A DNA stretch of 32,000 nt from Geotalea uraniireducens Rf4 (GTDB lineage Bacteria; Desulfobacterota; Desulfuromonadia; Geobacterales; Geobacteraceae): assembly GCF_000016745.1 (NCBI RefSeq), contig NC_009483.1, forward strand, positions 3,510,001-3,542,000. Reading direction: 5' to 3'. The position numbers and the translations under genes are program-made. Under the pieces are notes generated by a model that was not told the DNA's origin, ran no database searches, and saw only the letters and a list, made by a program, of their open reading frames with translations. Position 1 is the stretch's first letter, and each line of letters begins with the position of its first letter. Of this stretch, positions 1-8,030 are shown piece by piece.

Positions 1-3000
1 GAAGGAGATGAAGGCAAAGGAGCCGATCTGGACGATGCCGGTGAATGGGGGGCTGGCGGTGGTGATACGGTTGTTGATTACCTTGGTGCTGTCGATGATT
101 TCGTAGACCTTTTCTATGGTGCCGTCGGCGTTATAGATCTCGCTCGGGCGGTTGACAAAGACAGGGGTTGTGGGATCGAAGCCGTCCGGCAGCGGCATGG
201 AGAGATGGACCTCCTTCTGGAAGTCGATCCCGCCGGTGTCGATATTGAATGCGGAGAGATACGTGCCCGGTGCCGGTACCGGACTTGCCAGGCTGGCTTC
301 CGGCACAAAGGTCAGTTTGACAATCGTCGGCCCCGACAAAGCGCCTTCGGGGATATCGAGGATGCTCCCCCCCTCTCCTTCGACCTTGCCACCCTTGGCG
401 GTGACCAGGTAGTTGCCGTCATCGCTTTTGAAGGTGAGGTACGAGACGAGCGTTTGATTCCCAGAGTTATCCATGATGACGATCTTTATCTCGTCGCCCA
501 GTTGGCCTCTGACCTTGCCGGTAAAGGAGCCGTTGCCGGCCGGAACCACGGAAACTATCTCGCCGCTGGTGTCGTTGATGATGAGCACCGTACAGTCGGC
601 AGGGGAGCTCCCTTGGGTGGCGGTGATGCTGATGAACCCATCAGCATCGGGAAAGCTCGCGGTGATGCTCCCTGCCGGCGGCATGGGAGGCGGAGTGGTG
701 TTGCGGATGGTAAAGCCGGAGGTGACATCCTGGCCAAGGGGATATCCCTGGAGATCCTTGATCGTCCCGGCTATGGTGATGGTGTAACTCTGCTGCGACT
801 TGAGCAGATCTGCCGGGGTGAAGGTGACGACCTTGCCGTCAACGCTGAAGGTGAATACACCGGGGACAGCCGTTCCGGCTGAGTCGAGGAGTTTGAGAGT
901 TTGGGAGTTTATGGAGCTTTGATCCATGCTTTTGGAGAAGGTAATCACCACCGGCACGTTTGGCTGAATATTGATGCCCGTCGGCGACACTGAAACAACC
1001 GTCGGCAAGATCATCAGGATTTTGAGGTCAATGATTATTGCCTGGTTGGCCGCTATTGCGCCGGTAGCGCTCCCTTCGTCGTTCTTGTATAGATCCGTTG
1101 CAGTCGCGGTGACTGCGGCAACAGGCGCTGCCACAAGATATTTCCCGGTGGCTGCGGAAAGATCGATGAGCGAACCGTTGTCCGTCTTCACCAAAGCACC
1201 GTTGAAGGGGGCGTTGCTGGAATCGGTGACCGTGCCGGTGGCAAAGCCGATCTGCCCCTTGGCCTGGAGGAAGTAATAAACTCCGGAGGAGTTTATTGAG
1301 TTTGATGAGTTCAATGAGTTCTGGAGTTGGGAAGTTAACGGCTCTGTGGTGATGAAGGAGCCGTTCTGTCTGGCCAGGGCCACGAGCTTCAGCTTCTGAA
1401 CCCCCTTGACATCGATCTGCTTCGCCACGAGCAGCGGTAGAGACGGATTGAATCCGTCTGGCGCCGGGATGGAAATGGTCGCCGATTGCGCCAGGGTCTG
1501 CCGCGTCAGGTTCACCTCCACCACCTTGAGCAGAGTGAAATCGTTCCCCACGGCTCCGGTTGCGGCTGCCCCGTTTTTCGTCGCCACCGGTGTTGTCCGG
1601 GCGAGCGCCCCCTGCGGGATAACGAGAATGTTGCCGTCGGCATCCACCAGCCGGCCGCCATCGGCGCCCACCATGATGCCGCTGTCGGTTGCATCGGGTT
1701 TTACTATCTCTATGCCCACTTTTCCCAGTAAAAGATCGACCAGTGTGAAATCCCTGGACGGCGAAACGGGGAAGGTGGTGCGGAGTTCGACTCCGCTCAC
1801 TCCCCCACCGACTCCGCTCACTGCAGGCTGGGTTAATGCGCCGGCGGCAATGTTGGTTATGCATGGCTGGCGATAGAGAACGATATCCTGGGTGTAGGCG
1901 GAAGGCTCCACCTTGTCTCCAGATTTGAGATCGAATTTTTCCGTTACCCTGTTGTTGATAATGAAACCGGAAATGAATTGCGGCGCTGGGGTAACCCCGT
2001 CTTTAGCCGTCAGCAGCACCTCACCGGCTGCCTTGAGCCCTGTGGACGGTGGCGATGCCTGGGGAACGACCTTTCCGGCGGTGTTGATTGCGGCATAATC
2101 GAGAGATGCCGTGGATGCCGGGGCAAGGGGGTTGCCTGCTTCCGCCGCGGCAGGGGCGTTGGGAGCCGGGTCGGCAATGAGGAGCGCATACTGCCCGGCG
2201 GCGGTTATGTCTGCGCTTGCGCTCAGGCCGTCGGCGGCAATGGTTGCATTTCCTTTTGATCGCCACTGGTGGCTGGTGCTGTCGTAGGCGGCCAGCGTCA
2301 ACACGGTACCCGAGGCCTGGGCGAGAGGAACCTGCACCGGGATCTTCAGCGCAGCAGCGGAGGAAAAGCCCGTATAGAGAGCCGTCCCCGCCGTTGGATC
2401 AAGGAGACGGACATCGACGGCGGCCAGGGGGGACCAGCCGGGGGGCAACATGCCCGCCAGGCCCTGGTTGCTGACCGGTGTCAGACGGATGTCCGCCTGA
2501 TTGGAGAGAGCGCCGTTCGGTATTGTTAATTCAATTGCAGGGCGGGGTAACCCCGCCCCTACATCTACCCGTATGGTTCCGCCAATGGCATCAATAACAT
2601 TCTTTGTCCCATTGATTTTCGTCAGCCTGGCGTCGAGGGCGGTGGCCTTCTTTTCCGGCATGACCGGGACGATTCGTTCAACACTGGTGAAACCGGGCTT
2701 AATGACGCCGACGACTGCGTTTCCCGATTGGTTTTCGGTGAAGTAACCGCCATCGGCTGCCGTTGTCAGGGTCTTCACCTCACCATTCTCATCGGTTACC
2801 GTCACCTGGGCGTCGGCAAGGAGGAGCCCTCTTTCATCCTCAAGTACTTTTCCCTGCACATATCCCGGCCCCATGGCCGCCTGGCTTATTTTGACGCGTG
2901 TGGTTGCGCTCCCTTCGTTGCCGGCGACATCGATGCCTCTGGCCTGGAATACCACCTCGCTTCCAGTGTTCAAAGATGGTGAAAGCTTGTAGGAAACGGA

Positions 3001-6000
3001 TTCGACGATGGAAGGAATATTCCCTCCCGACCAGATGGGTACGCCGTCGGCCTTCAACTCCACAAGGGTGAGCTGTCTGTTGTCTGAAACATTCACCACT
3101 ATGGCCACATTGGCACCGGCCGCAGCCTCGGCAGGGCTCTGCAGAGACAGGACGGGCGACTGGCTGTCCAGCGAGACGCCGACACTGGCGCTCCCCTTGT
3201 TGCCGGCCCGGTCAGTAGCCTCTATGTTGAGGATGTTGTCGCCCTCGGCAAGTGTATAGACAACACTGAAGGTCTGATTGGTGACGGTGATGGCAGTGCC
3301 GTTGATAGTGGCGGTAGTATGGGGCTTGCTGATGATGCCGGAAACGGTTACCTGCGCTGTTTTGGTAATGGTGCCGGAAAGGGGCGCAGTGATGGTAACC
3401 ACGGGGGGTGTATTGTCGAGGGTGACGAGAACGGTTTTCGTGGCCTGATTTCCTGCAAGGTCCGTGGCAACAAGGGTGATGGTATTGAGCCCCGGTGTCA
3501 GGGTCAACGGCTGATCGAAATCGAGACTGCTCAAGGTTGCAGCCTGACCGTTGATGGTAAGGCCGGCAACCGGTTCGTCGATGTTACCTTTGACCGTAAC
3601 CTGCGGCGCACTGAAGAAGGCGTTTTCTGCCGGAACGGTGACGGTTATGACCGGCGCCCTGGTATCGAGAACGATGCCGAGGGGAACTGAGGGAATACTC
3701 TCGTTGCCTGCTGCGTCGGTGGCGATGGCAGTGTAGGAGTTTGTCCCCTCCGCCAGGGTAACGCCTGCCAGGGTGAAGCTACCCTGGGCGTCTGCGGTGA
3801 CGGTGCCGATGAGCAAACCTGCGGCAGATATTTTCACGCTTGATCCTGCTTCGGCAGTGCCGCCAAGGGTGACCCCGGCCACATTGGTCGGACTGGTGAG
3901 CGAATTGAGTACCGGAGCTTGCGGCGGCGTGGAGTCTAGCGTGACATTGACCGTTGCCGAACCGCTGTTGCCGGCCCGGTCGGTTGCTTTTACAGTAATG
4001 AAATTTGCTTCCTCGCTTAATGTATATGCGGCTGACCAGGTTTTGCCCGAGACGGTGGCAGTAATGGTGTTAACGGTAACCGTGGTGAATTCTTCACTGA
4101 CTGTTCCGGAAACGATTACCTGCTTATCCCTGGTGAGAAGTCCGGCTGCCGGTGTGACGATGGTCACCTGCGGGGGGGTGGTGTCCAGGTAAACGGGAAC
4201 AGAGGTGGTTCCCTCATTTCCGGCCAGATCCTTTGCCTTGACGACAAGCGTGTTCGCTCCCTCTGCAAGAGTTATTGTGAGACTGAACGAAAGCCCATCG
4301 ACAACGGCTGACGTATTATTCACCGTAACCGAAGTGACCGGTTCGTTGACCATACCGGTGACGGTGATCTGCGGCGTGTTGAGGAATGCATTTGCTGTCG
4401 GCGCGGTTATTATTATGACCGGCGGCGTAATGTCGAGAACAGCGCTGACCGGTGACGATGCGGAACTTTCGTTACCTGCCGCGTCGATGGCTGCAGCAGT
4501 GTATGTGTTAATCCCTTCAACAAGTGTTGCGCCCCCCAGACTGAACTTCCCTTCAGCATCGGCAGGCACTGTGCCGAAAATCACCCCGCCAGCGACCACC
4601 TTTACACTGGCATCCGCTTCGGCAGTGCCGCTGATCGTAACCGCAGCCAGGTTGGTTGGTGTGGTGAGTGGGTTGAGCAGCGGCGCGGCCGGTGGTGTGG
4701 AATCGAGGGTAACATTGACAGTGGCGCTGCCCGGGTTTCCGGTCCGGTCGGTCGCCTGAACGGTGATGCTGTTTGCACCTTCGCTCAGGGTGTAATCAAC
4801 CAGGGTCCAATCTTTTCCATTGACCTGGGCGGGAATATTGTTGACGGTAACCGCCGTTACATCTTCACTGACCGTTCCGGTCACGGTCACCTTGCTGTTT
4901 CGGGTCAGGAGTCCCGATGCCGGTGCGCTGATTGTGACAACCGGGGGCACGGTATCGGTAACGAAGCTCCAGATACGGCTGGCGACGTTGGCGGCGCGGT
5001 CGGCTACGCTGAGGCTGACAGCATGGCTGCCATCGGGCAACTTTGAGCCGGGGGCATAGGAGATGGCGGCGGCAGTTATGGACGCAGCAGCGGAGACATC
5101 GTTTCCATCCACCAAAAGCCGCACACTGGCCGTGTTGATGCCGGAGCCGTTGGTCTCGTCCGAATAGGAGGCGGAAATGACCGGCAGCGGGTTGTTGAGG
5201 AGAGCCCCGTCTGCCGGAGAAATGGCGGAGATGACCGGCGGTGTGCTGTCGCACCCCTTGCCGATGATCTCTATGATGAGAAAGGAGGGTCCCCTTTTCC
5301 GGATCTCGTCGATTTTCCGCGCCAGATCGTCCAGATGCCTGACGTTTTCATCGATGGCATGATTTATCCCTTCAAGCTCCTTAAGCAGTTCCGAGAGTTT
5401 TTCCCTCTTCTTTTCGTGATCTTTTTCTCTCTTGCTCGCTGACCGATCAAATGTGTCGAGGGCGGCCTTACAGGATCGGATGGCATCCTCTGTATCCCTT
5501 TTCGATTTTTCTATGCCCGTCCGGTCATGTTCGACCCAATCCTTTCCGATTTCGTGCCCGTTTTTCTCCCTATCCCAACCATCTTCTTTGTCATCTGCAT
5601 CGTCGTCTTCATCATCAAGGCTCTTACGTACCCCGGCCAGGTGCTCATCCCGATCGCCGTAACCTTTTTTAATGCGCTGGAATTCCAGGAGGATTCTTTC
5701 AAGCGTTTTGATGTCGTAGGGTGGTTTCAGGCCGGCAATTTCATTTTCCAGCAATTGCAGTTTGGCCAGATCCTTTTCCAGATCCGACTGCCTGGCCTGA
5801 TACTTTGCCAGCTGATCAAAATAGCCGTGGTGACCGCTTTTGAGTATCACCTTCAGCTCATTTAGCTGCTGTACGGCTACGAGTTTTTCAAAGGTCGCAA
5901 TCTTGTGTTTGAACTCGCTTTCTCCGGCAATCTTGCTGCCGTTTATGTAAATCCTTGCCGATTTGATCCGGGTATTTTTACTATCGCCGTTTTGCACCCG

Positions 6001-6225
6001 GACGAGCGCAAGGTCGGAGGGATTGCAGCGCTCGAAAGTGTCCGTATAAACGGTGGGCTTCCCCTTGAGCCGGTCATAGCGCTTCGGACCGAAGACCGTC
6101 ATGTCCGCTCCGGCAAAAGAGTAGGAAACGGATACGAGCAGCATCAGCAGAGCCACACCGAAAGCAGCCGCTGGCCGCGCATTGCGCAATGAATTCTTCA
6201 GAACTTGAAAGGGACTACCAGCCAT
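1..6225 (-). CDS. Giant secreted/cell-surface protein with tandem bacterial Ig-like domains (first 2075 codons; 3' end lies beyond the left window edge)
   Basis: Not in the ORF track because it has no stop in the window. The minus frame whose codons end at nt 1 is open throughout: every listed minus ORF in 1-6225 is in one of the other two frames. I hand-translated segments at 6225-6100, 4980-4921, 2880-2821 and 1020-961 without meeting a stop. ATG at 6225-6223 with GGAGAG 8 nt upstream. N-terminus MAGSPFQVLKNSLRNARPAAAFGVALLMLLVSVSYSFAGA is a signal/anchor. It is followed by a charged coiled-coil-like stretch (..SLDDEDDDADDKEDGWDREKNG..KREKDHEKKREKLSELLKELE..). Then come many ~85-95 aa modules of the form D(T/S)TPP..(V/I)TI..P......T..V.V.G.V.....V.VN.......L.EG.N.I.V.A.D.AGN....A.V.V.LD. 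A CarboxypepD_reg-like segment (GYVQGKVLEDERGLLLADAQVTVTDENGEVKTLTTAADGGYF) and an SbsA/Big_5-like segment (PTVVSVSPTGINIQPNVPVVITFSKSMDQSSINSQTLKLL) also occur. The plus-strand ORFs listed here are mirror-frame artefacts. Confidence 0.85.
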   Translation of the reverse strand, partial: MAGSPFQVLKNSLRNARPAAAFGVALLMLLVSVSYSFAGADMTVFGPKRYDRLKGKPTVYTDTFERCNPSDLALVRVQNGDSKNTRIKSARIYINGSKIAGESEFKHKIATFEKLVAVQQLNELKVILKSGHHGYFDQLAKYQARQSDLEKDLAKLQLLENEIAGLKPPYDIKTLERILLEFQRIKKGYGDRDEHLAGVRKSLDDEDDDADDKEDGWDREKNGHEIGKDWVEHDRTGIEKSKRDTEDAIRSCKAALDTFDRSASKREKDHEKKREKLSELLKELEGINHAIDENVRHLDDLARKIDEIRKRGPSFLIIEIIGKGCDSTPPVISAISPADGALLNNPLPVISASYSDETNGSGINTASVRLLVDGNDVSAAASITAAAISYAPGSKLPDGSHAVSLSVADRAANVASRIWSFVTDTVPPVVTISAPASGLLTRNSKVTVTGTVSEDVTAVTVNNIPAQVNGKDWTLVDYTLSEGANSITVQATDRTGNPGSATVNVTLDSTPPAAPLLNPLTTPTNLAAVTISGTAEADASVKVVAGGVIFGTVPADAEGKFSLGGATLVEGINTYTAAAIDAAGNESSASSPVSAVLDITPPVIIITAPTANAFLNTPQITVTGMVNEPVTSVTVNNTSAVVDGLSFSLTITLAEGANTLVVKAKDLAGNEGTTSVPVYLDTTPPQVTIVTPAAGLLTRDKQVIVSGTVSEEFTTVTVNTITATVSGKTWSAAYTLSEEANFITVKATDRAGNSGSATVNVTLDSTPPQAPVLNSLTSPTNVAGVTLGGTAEAGSSVKISAAGLLIGTVTADAQGSFTLAGVTLAEGTNSYTAIATDAAGNESIPSVPLGIVLDTRAPVITVTVPAENAFFSAPQVTVKGNIDEPVAGLTINGQAATLSSLDFDQPLTLTPGLNTITLVATDLAGNQATKTVLVTLDNTPPVVTITAPLSGTITKTAQVTVSGIISKPHTTATINGTAITVTNQTFSVVYTLAEGDNILNIEATDRAGNKGSASVGVSLDSQSPVLSLQSPAEAAAGANVAIVVNVSDNRQLTLVELKADGVPIWSGGNIPSIVESVSYKLSPSLNTGSEVVFQARGIDVAGNEGSATTRVKISQAAMGPGYVQGKVLEDERGLLLADAQVTVTDENGEVKTLTTAADGGYFTENQSGNAVVGVIKPGFTSVERIVPVMPEKKATALDARLTKINGTKNVIDAIGGTIRVDVGAGLPRPAIELTIPNGALSNQADIRLTPVSNQGLAGMLPPGWSPLAAVDVRLLDPTAGTALYTGFSSAAALKIPVQVPLAQASGTVLTLAAYDSTSHQWRSKGNATIAADGLSASADITAAGQYALLIADPAPNAPAAAEAGNPLAPASTASLDYAAINTAGKVVPQASPPSTGLKAAGEVLLTAKDGVTPAPQFISGFIINNRVTEKFDLKSGDKVEPSAYTQDIVLYRQPCITNIAAGALTQPAVSGVGGGVSGVELRTTFPVSPSRDFTLVDLLLGKVGIEIVKPDATDSGIMVGADGGRLVDADGNILVIPQGALARTTPVATKNGAAATGAVGNDFTLLKVVEVNLTRQTLAQSATISIPAPDGFNPSLPLLVAKQIDVKGVQKLKLVALARQNGSFITTEPLTSQLQNSLNSSNSINSSGVYYFLQAKGQIGFATGTVTDSSNAPFNGALVKTDNGSLIDLSAATGKYLVAAPVAAVTATATDLYKNDEGSATGAIAANQAIIIDLKILMILPTVVSVSPTGINIQPNVPVVITFSKSMDQSSINSQTLKLLDSAGTAVPGVFTFSVDGKVVTFTPADLLKSQQSYTITIAGTIKDLQGYPLGQDVTSGFTIRNTTPPPMPPAGSITASFPDADGFISITATQGSSPADCTVLIINDTSGEIVSVVPAGNGSFTGKVRGQLGDEIKIVIMDNSGNQTLVSYLTFKSDDGNYLVTAKGGKVEGEGGSILDIPEGALSGPTIVKLTFVPEASLASPVPAPGTYLSAFNIDTGGIDFQKEVHLSMPLPDGFDPTTPVFVNRPSEIYNADGTIEKVYEIIDSTKVINNRITTASPPFTGIVQIGSFAFISF
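3130..4956 (-). repeat. Intragenic tandem duplication of a ~256-aa three-Ig-domain supermodule (two full copies plus the first domain of a third)
   Basis: Module starts: DTVPPVVTISAP (D codon 4956-4954), DTTPPQVTIVTP (4185-4183) and DNTPPVVTITAP (3417-3415), giving periods of 771 and 768 nt. Corresponding domains align along their length, e.g. ATDRTGNPGSATVNVTLDSTPPAAPLLNPLTTPTN versus ATDRAGNSGSATVNVTLDSTPPQAPVLNSLTSPTN. Confidence 0.8.
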
Positions 6226-6275
6226 AATATTTCTCTCCCCTGGGATACTTGTAAGACGATCTCCTGCACAGGCCC

Positions 6276-6576
6276 GCAGGAGCCATCCTATAACCACAAA
6301 GCATGCCAAAACGAAAGGCAGATGGAAACCATACAATAAACAGTTAATAACCAGCTGAATATAAACAATAATTTTTAAATTTAGTTTTCTGGAATTTCAG
6401 AGGTGAGAGAATGAATGGGAGGCGATTTTTTGTGGAGATATTGTAAAATTTTTTTACACATCGCCGTAGAAGCCCATGGGACAAGGCTTTACATTCTTGT
6501 AAAAATTTTTTACACATGTCCGTAAACCCTTGCCTGGCAAGGGTTTAGACTTATTGTAAAAAAATTTTACACTTGG
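6276..6576 (-). promoter_or_regulatory. Copy 1 of a 301-bp AT-rich upstream module with three TGT-(A/T)11-ACA palindromes and one GC palindrome
   Basis: Ungapped alignment with 17688-17988 (offset 11412). 17-bp sites at 6442-6458, 6498-6514 and 6555-6571. Palindrome AAACCCTTGCC-T-GGCAAGGGTTT at 6524-6546. Lies 50 nt 5' of the giant-protein ATG (6225). Confidence 0.6.
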
Positions 6577-6641
6577 CCGTTCGGCACTGGCCCATCCGGC
6601 CAAGAAGGTCTGCTCACCTTGTGGGGTGCCCTCTTTTCAGC

Positions 6642-7964
6642 TCACTGCACGATCTTCAGCGGTGGTTTCGGCCCGATAAGTTGGACGTCCCCCTGGTCCG
6701 TCGCAACCGCCTTGGGGAGGGAAACGGTCCCCGCTGCCGGACAGGCAGTGTTGTTCATATAGTAGATAGCCGCGCTCAGTCGGGCTTCCCGGATGTCACC
6801 CAGCGGGTATTTGAGATCGTCGGCCACCTGGCAGGTGGGCAGAAAGCCGGTCTTGTAGTCGTCCAGGCCGTTGGCGTTCACCCCCTCTACCTGGAGGGCA
6901 AAATACGCCTGCCCCTCATAATCGGTTTGGACGGAGCCGTATGGTTTGCCGCAGGTGGTAGTGCCGATGCGGATAACGGGTAAATAAGGGAGAAGGCCGT
7001 TGATGATCGACTCGCTGGCCGAGCAGGTGTTGGAGCCGGTGATGACGAAAACTCTCCGTAGGCCGAGTTGGGGGAGCGTCGCGCCATTTTGGTCCAAGGG
7101 GGAGAAGAGGACGGTATTTTGCGGATCGTTGGTCCGTTCGGGATGCCTGTCGTTGAACAGCAGCCGCTCGAAGACCTGCCCTTGCAGCGCCGCGCCACCC
7201 AGCATCGAGGCCACCTCCTCGGCGATATAGAGGAAGCCGCCGCTGTTGTAACGCAGATCCAGCACGACCTCGCTTACCCCCTGCTGTTTGAAATAGGTCA
7301 TGGCATTCACCAGCCCCTGCTCCGCGGTCAGGATATGGTCGTTGAACAGCAGATAACCGGCCTTCTTACCCTGAGCCAGACCGATGAGCAGCGGCTGCGC
7401 GACCGGCGTGGTCGAGAAGTTCGCCGAGACAAGCGTCGCAGGCCGGTTCACACTGGTGCCGGGGCTACGGATCACCATGCTGGTGGATGCACCCGCCTTG
7501 CCCGGAAACAGGGCGGCATTCAGGCTTGAGGATGCCAGTTGGGCGACCGGCCAGCCGTTGATCGAGATGACTTCCGTCCCGCGGCTGATCATCCCGGCCG
7601 CCGGTGAGTAAGGGTCGACATAATAGGCGAACAGGCGTCCCGAGGCCCCCCAGCCCCATTTCACGCCGAAGCCGGTCTGCTGCCCGTCCCGCAGCTCACT
7701 GTCGGCGACAGCCTTCGGCATGCTGAAGCTGAAGCGGTCTTTGGCCGTTACCAGCAAGGCGTCGAAGTAGTCGGGGGCAGATGCGTAATTGGCAGAGGGA
7801 ACATCGACAATTTCACCTCGCCAGAGATATACATCATCCAGATGTGCCCTGACCCAGGCTCGCTGGGCCTCCAGGCCGGCGCCGGCCGGTGCCGATGAGT
7901 CGCCGCAGCCGGCCAGCGACAGCAACAGTAAAAGCGTTAAAATAAGGGGGTAAGTGCGGTTCAT
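6642..7964 (-). CDS. S41-family (C-terminal processing/tail-specific type) serine peptidase lipoprotein
   Basis: 440-aa ORF with ATG at 7964 and AAGGAA upstream. Lipobox LLLLLSLAGC. PDZ-like segment GMISRGTEVISINGWPVAQL. S41-type core VVLDLRYNSGGFLYIAEE and ITGSNTCSASESIINGL. Confidence 0.8.
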   Translation of the reverse strand: MNRTYPLILTLLLLLSLAGCGDSSAPAGAGLEAQRAWVRAHLDDVYLWRGEIVDVPSANYASAPDYFDALLVTAKDRFSFSMPKAVADSELRDGQQTGFGVKWGWGASGRLFAYYVDPYSPAAGMISRGTEVISINGWPVAQLASSSLNAALFPGKAGASTSMVIRSPGTSVNRPATLVSANFSTTPVAQPLLIGLAQGKKAGYLLFNDHILTAEQGLVNAMTYFKQQGVSEVVLDLRYNSGGFLYIAEEVASMLGGAALQGQVFERLLFNDRHPERTNDPQNTVLFSPLDQNGATLPQLGLRRVFVITGSNTCSASESIINGLLPYLPVIRIGTTTCGKPYGSVQTDYEGQAYFALQVEGVNANGLDDYKTGFLPTCQVADDLKYPLGDIREARLSAAIYYMNNTACPAAGTVSLPKAVATDQGDVQLIGPKPPLKIVQ

Positions 7965-8030
7965 GTTGTTTCCTTTTATGTCGTGACCTGACAGCTGCTC
8001 TTCGGCGCGTCGATGCGCCGACCAGGAGGT

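Noticed and set aside
152-5865. The many plus-strand ORFs of 60-225 aa listed between 152 and 5865
   Set aside because: They are reverse-frame shadows of the single long minus-strand ORF (1-6225). Their V/T/S/A/P-rich sequences mirror the Ig-domain repeats.
6294-6308. Sigma54 promoter in the conserved part of the 301-bp module (minus strand TGGCATG-N4-GTGG)
   Set aside because: A good -24 TGGCA is present in both copies, but the -12 position reads GTGG instead of TTGC (GG-N10-GG rather than GG-N10-GC). This is too degenerate to call. It is kept only as a hint in the UAS hypothesis.
6524-6546. Rho-independent terminator
   Set aside because: The 11+11 palindrome has essentially no loop and no adjacent T-run on the strand where a gene ends. 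It is conserved inside an upstream module, so a protein-binding or RNA-structure role is more plausible.
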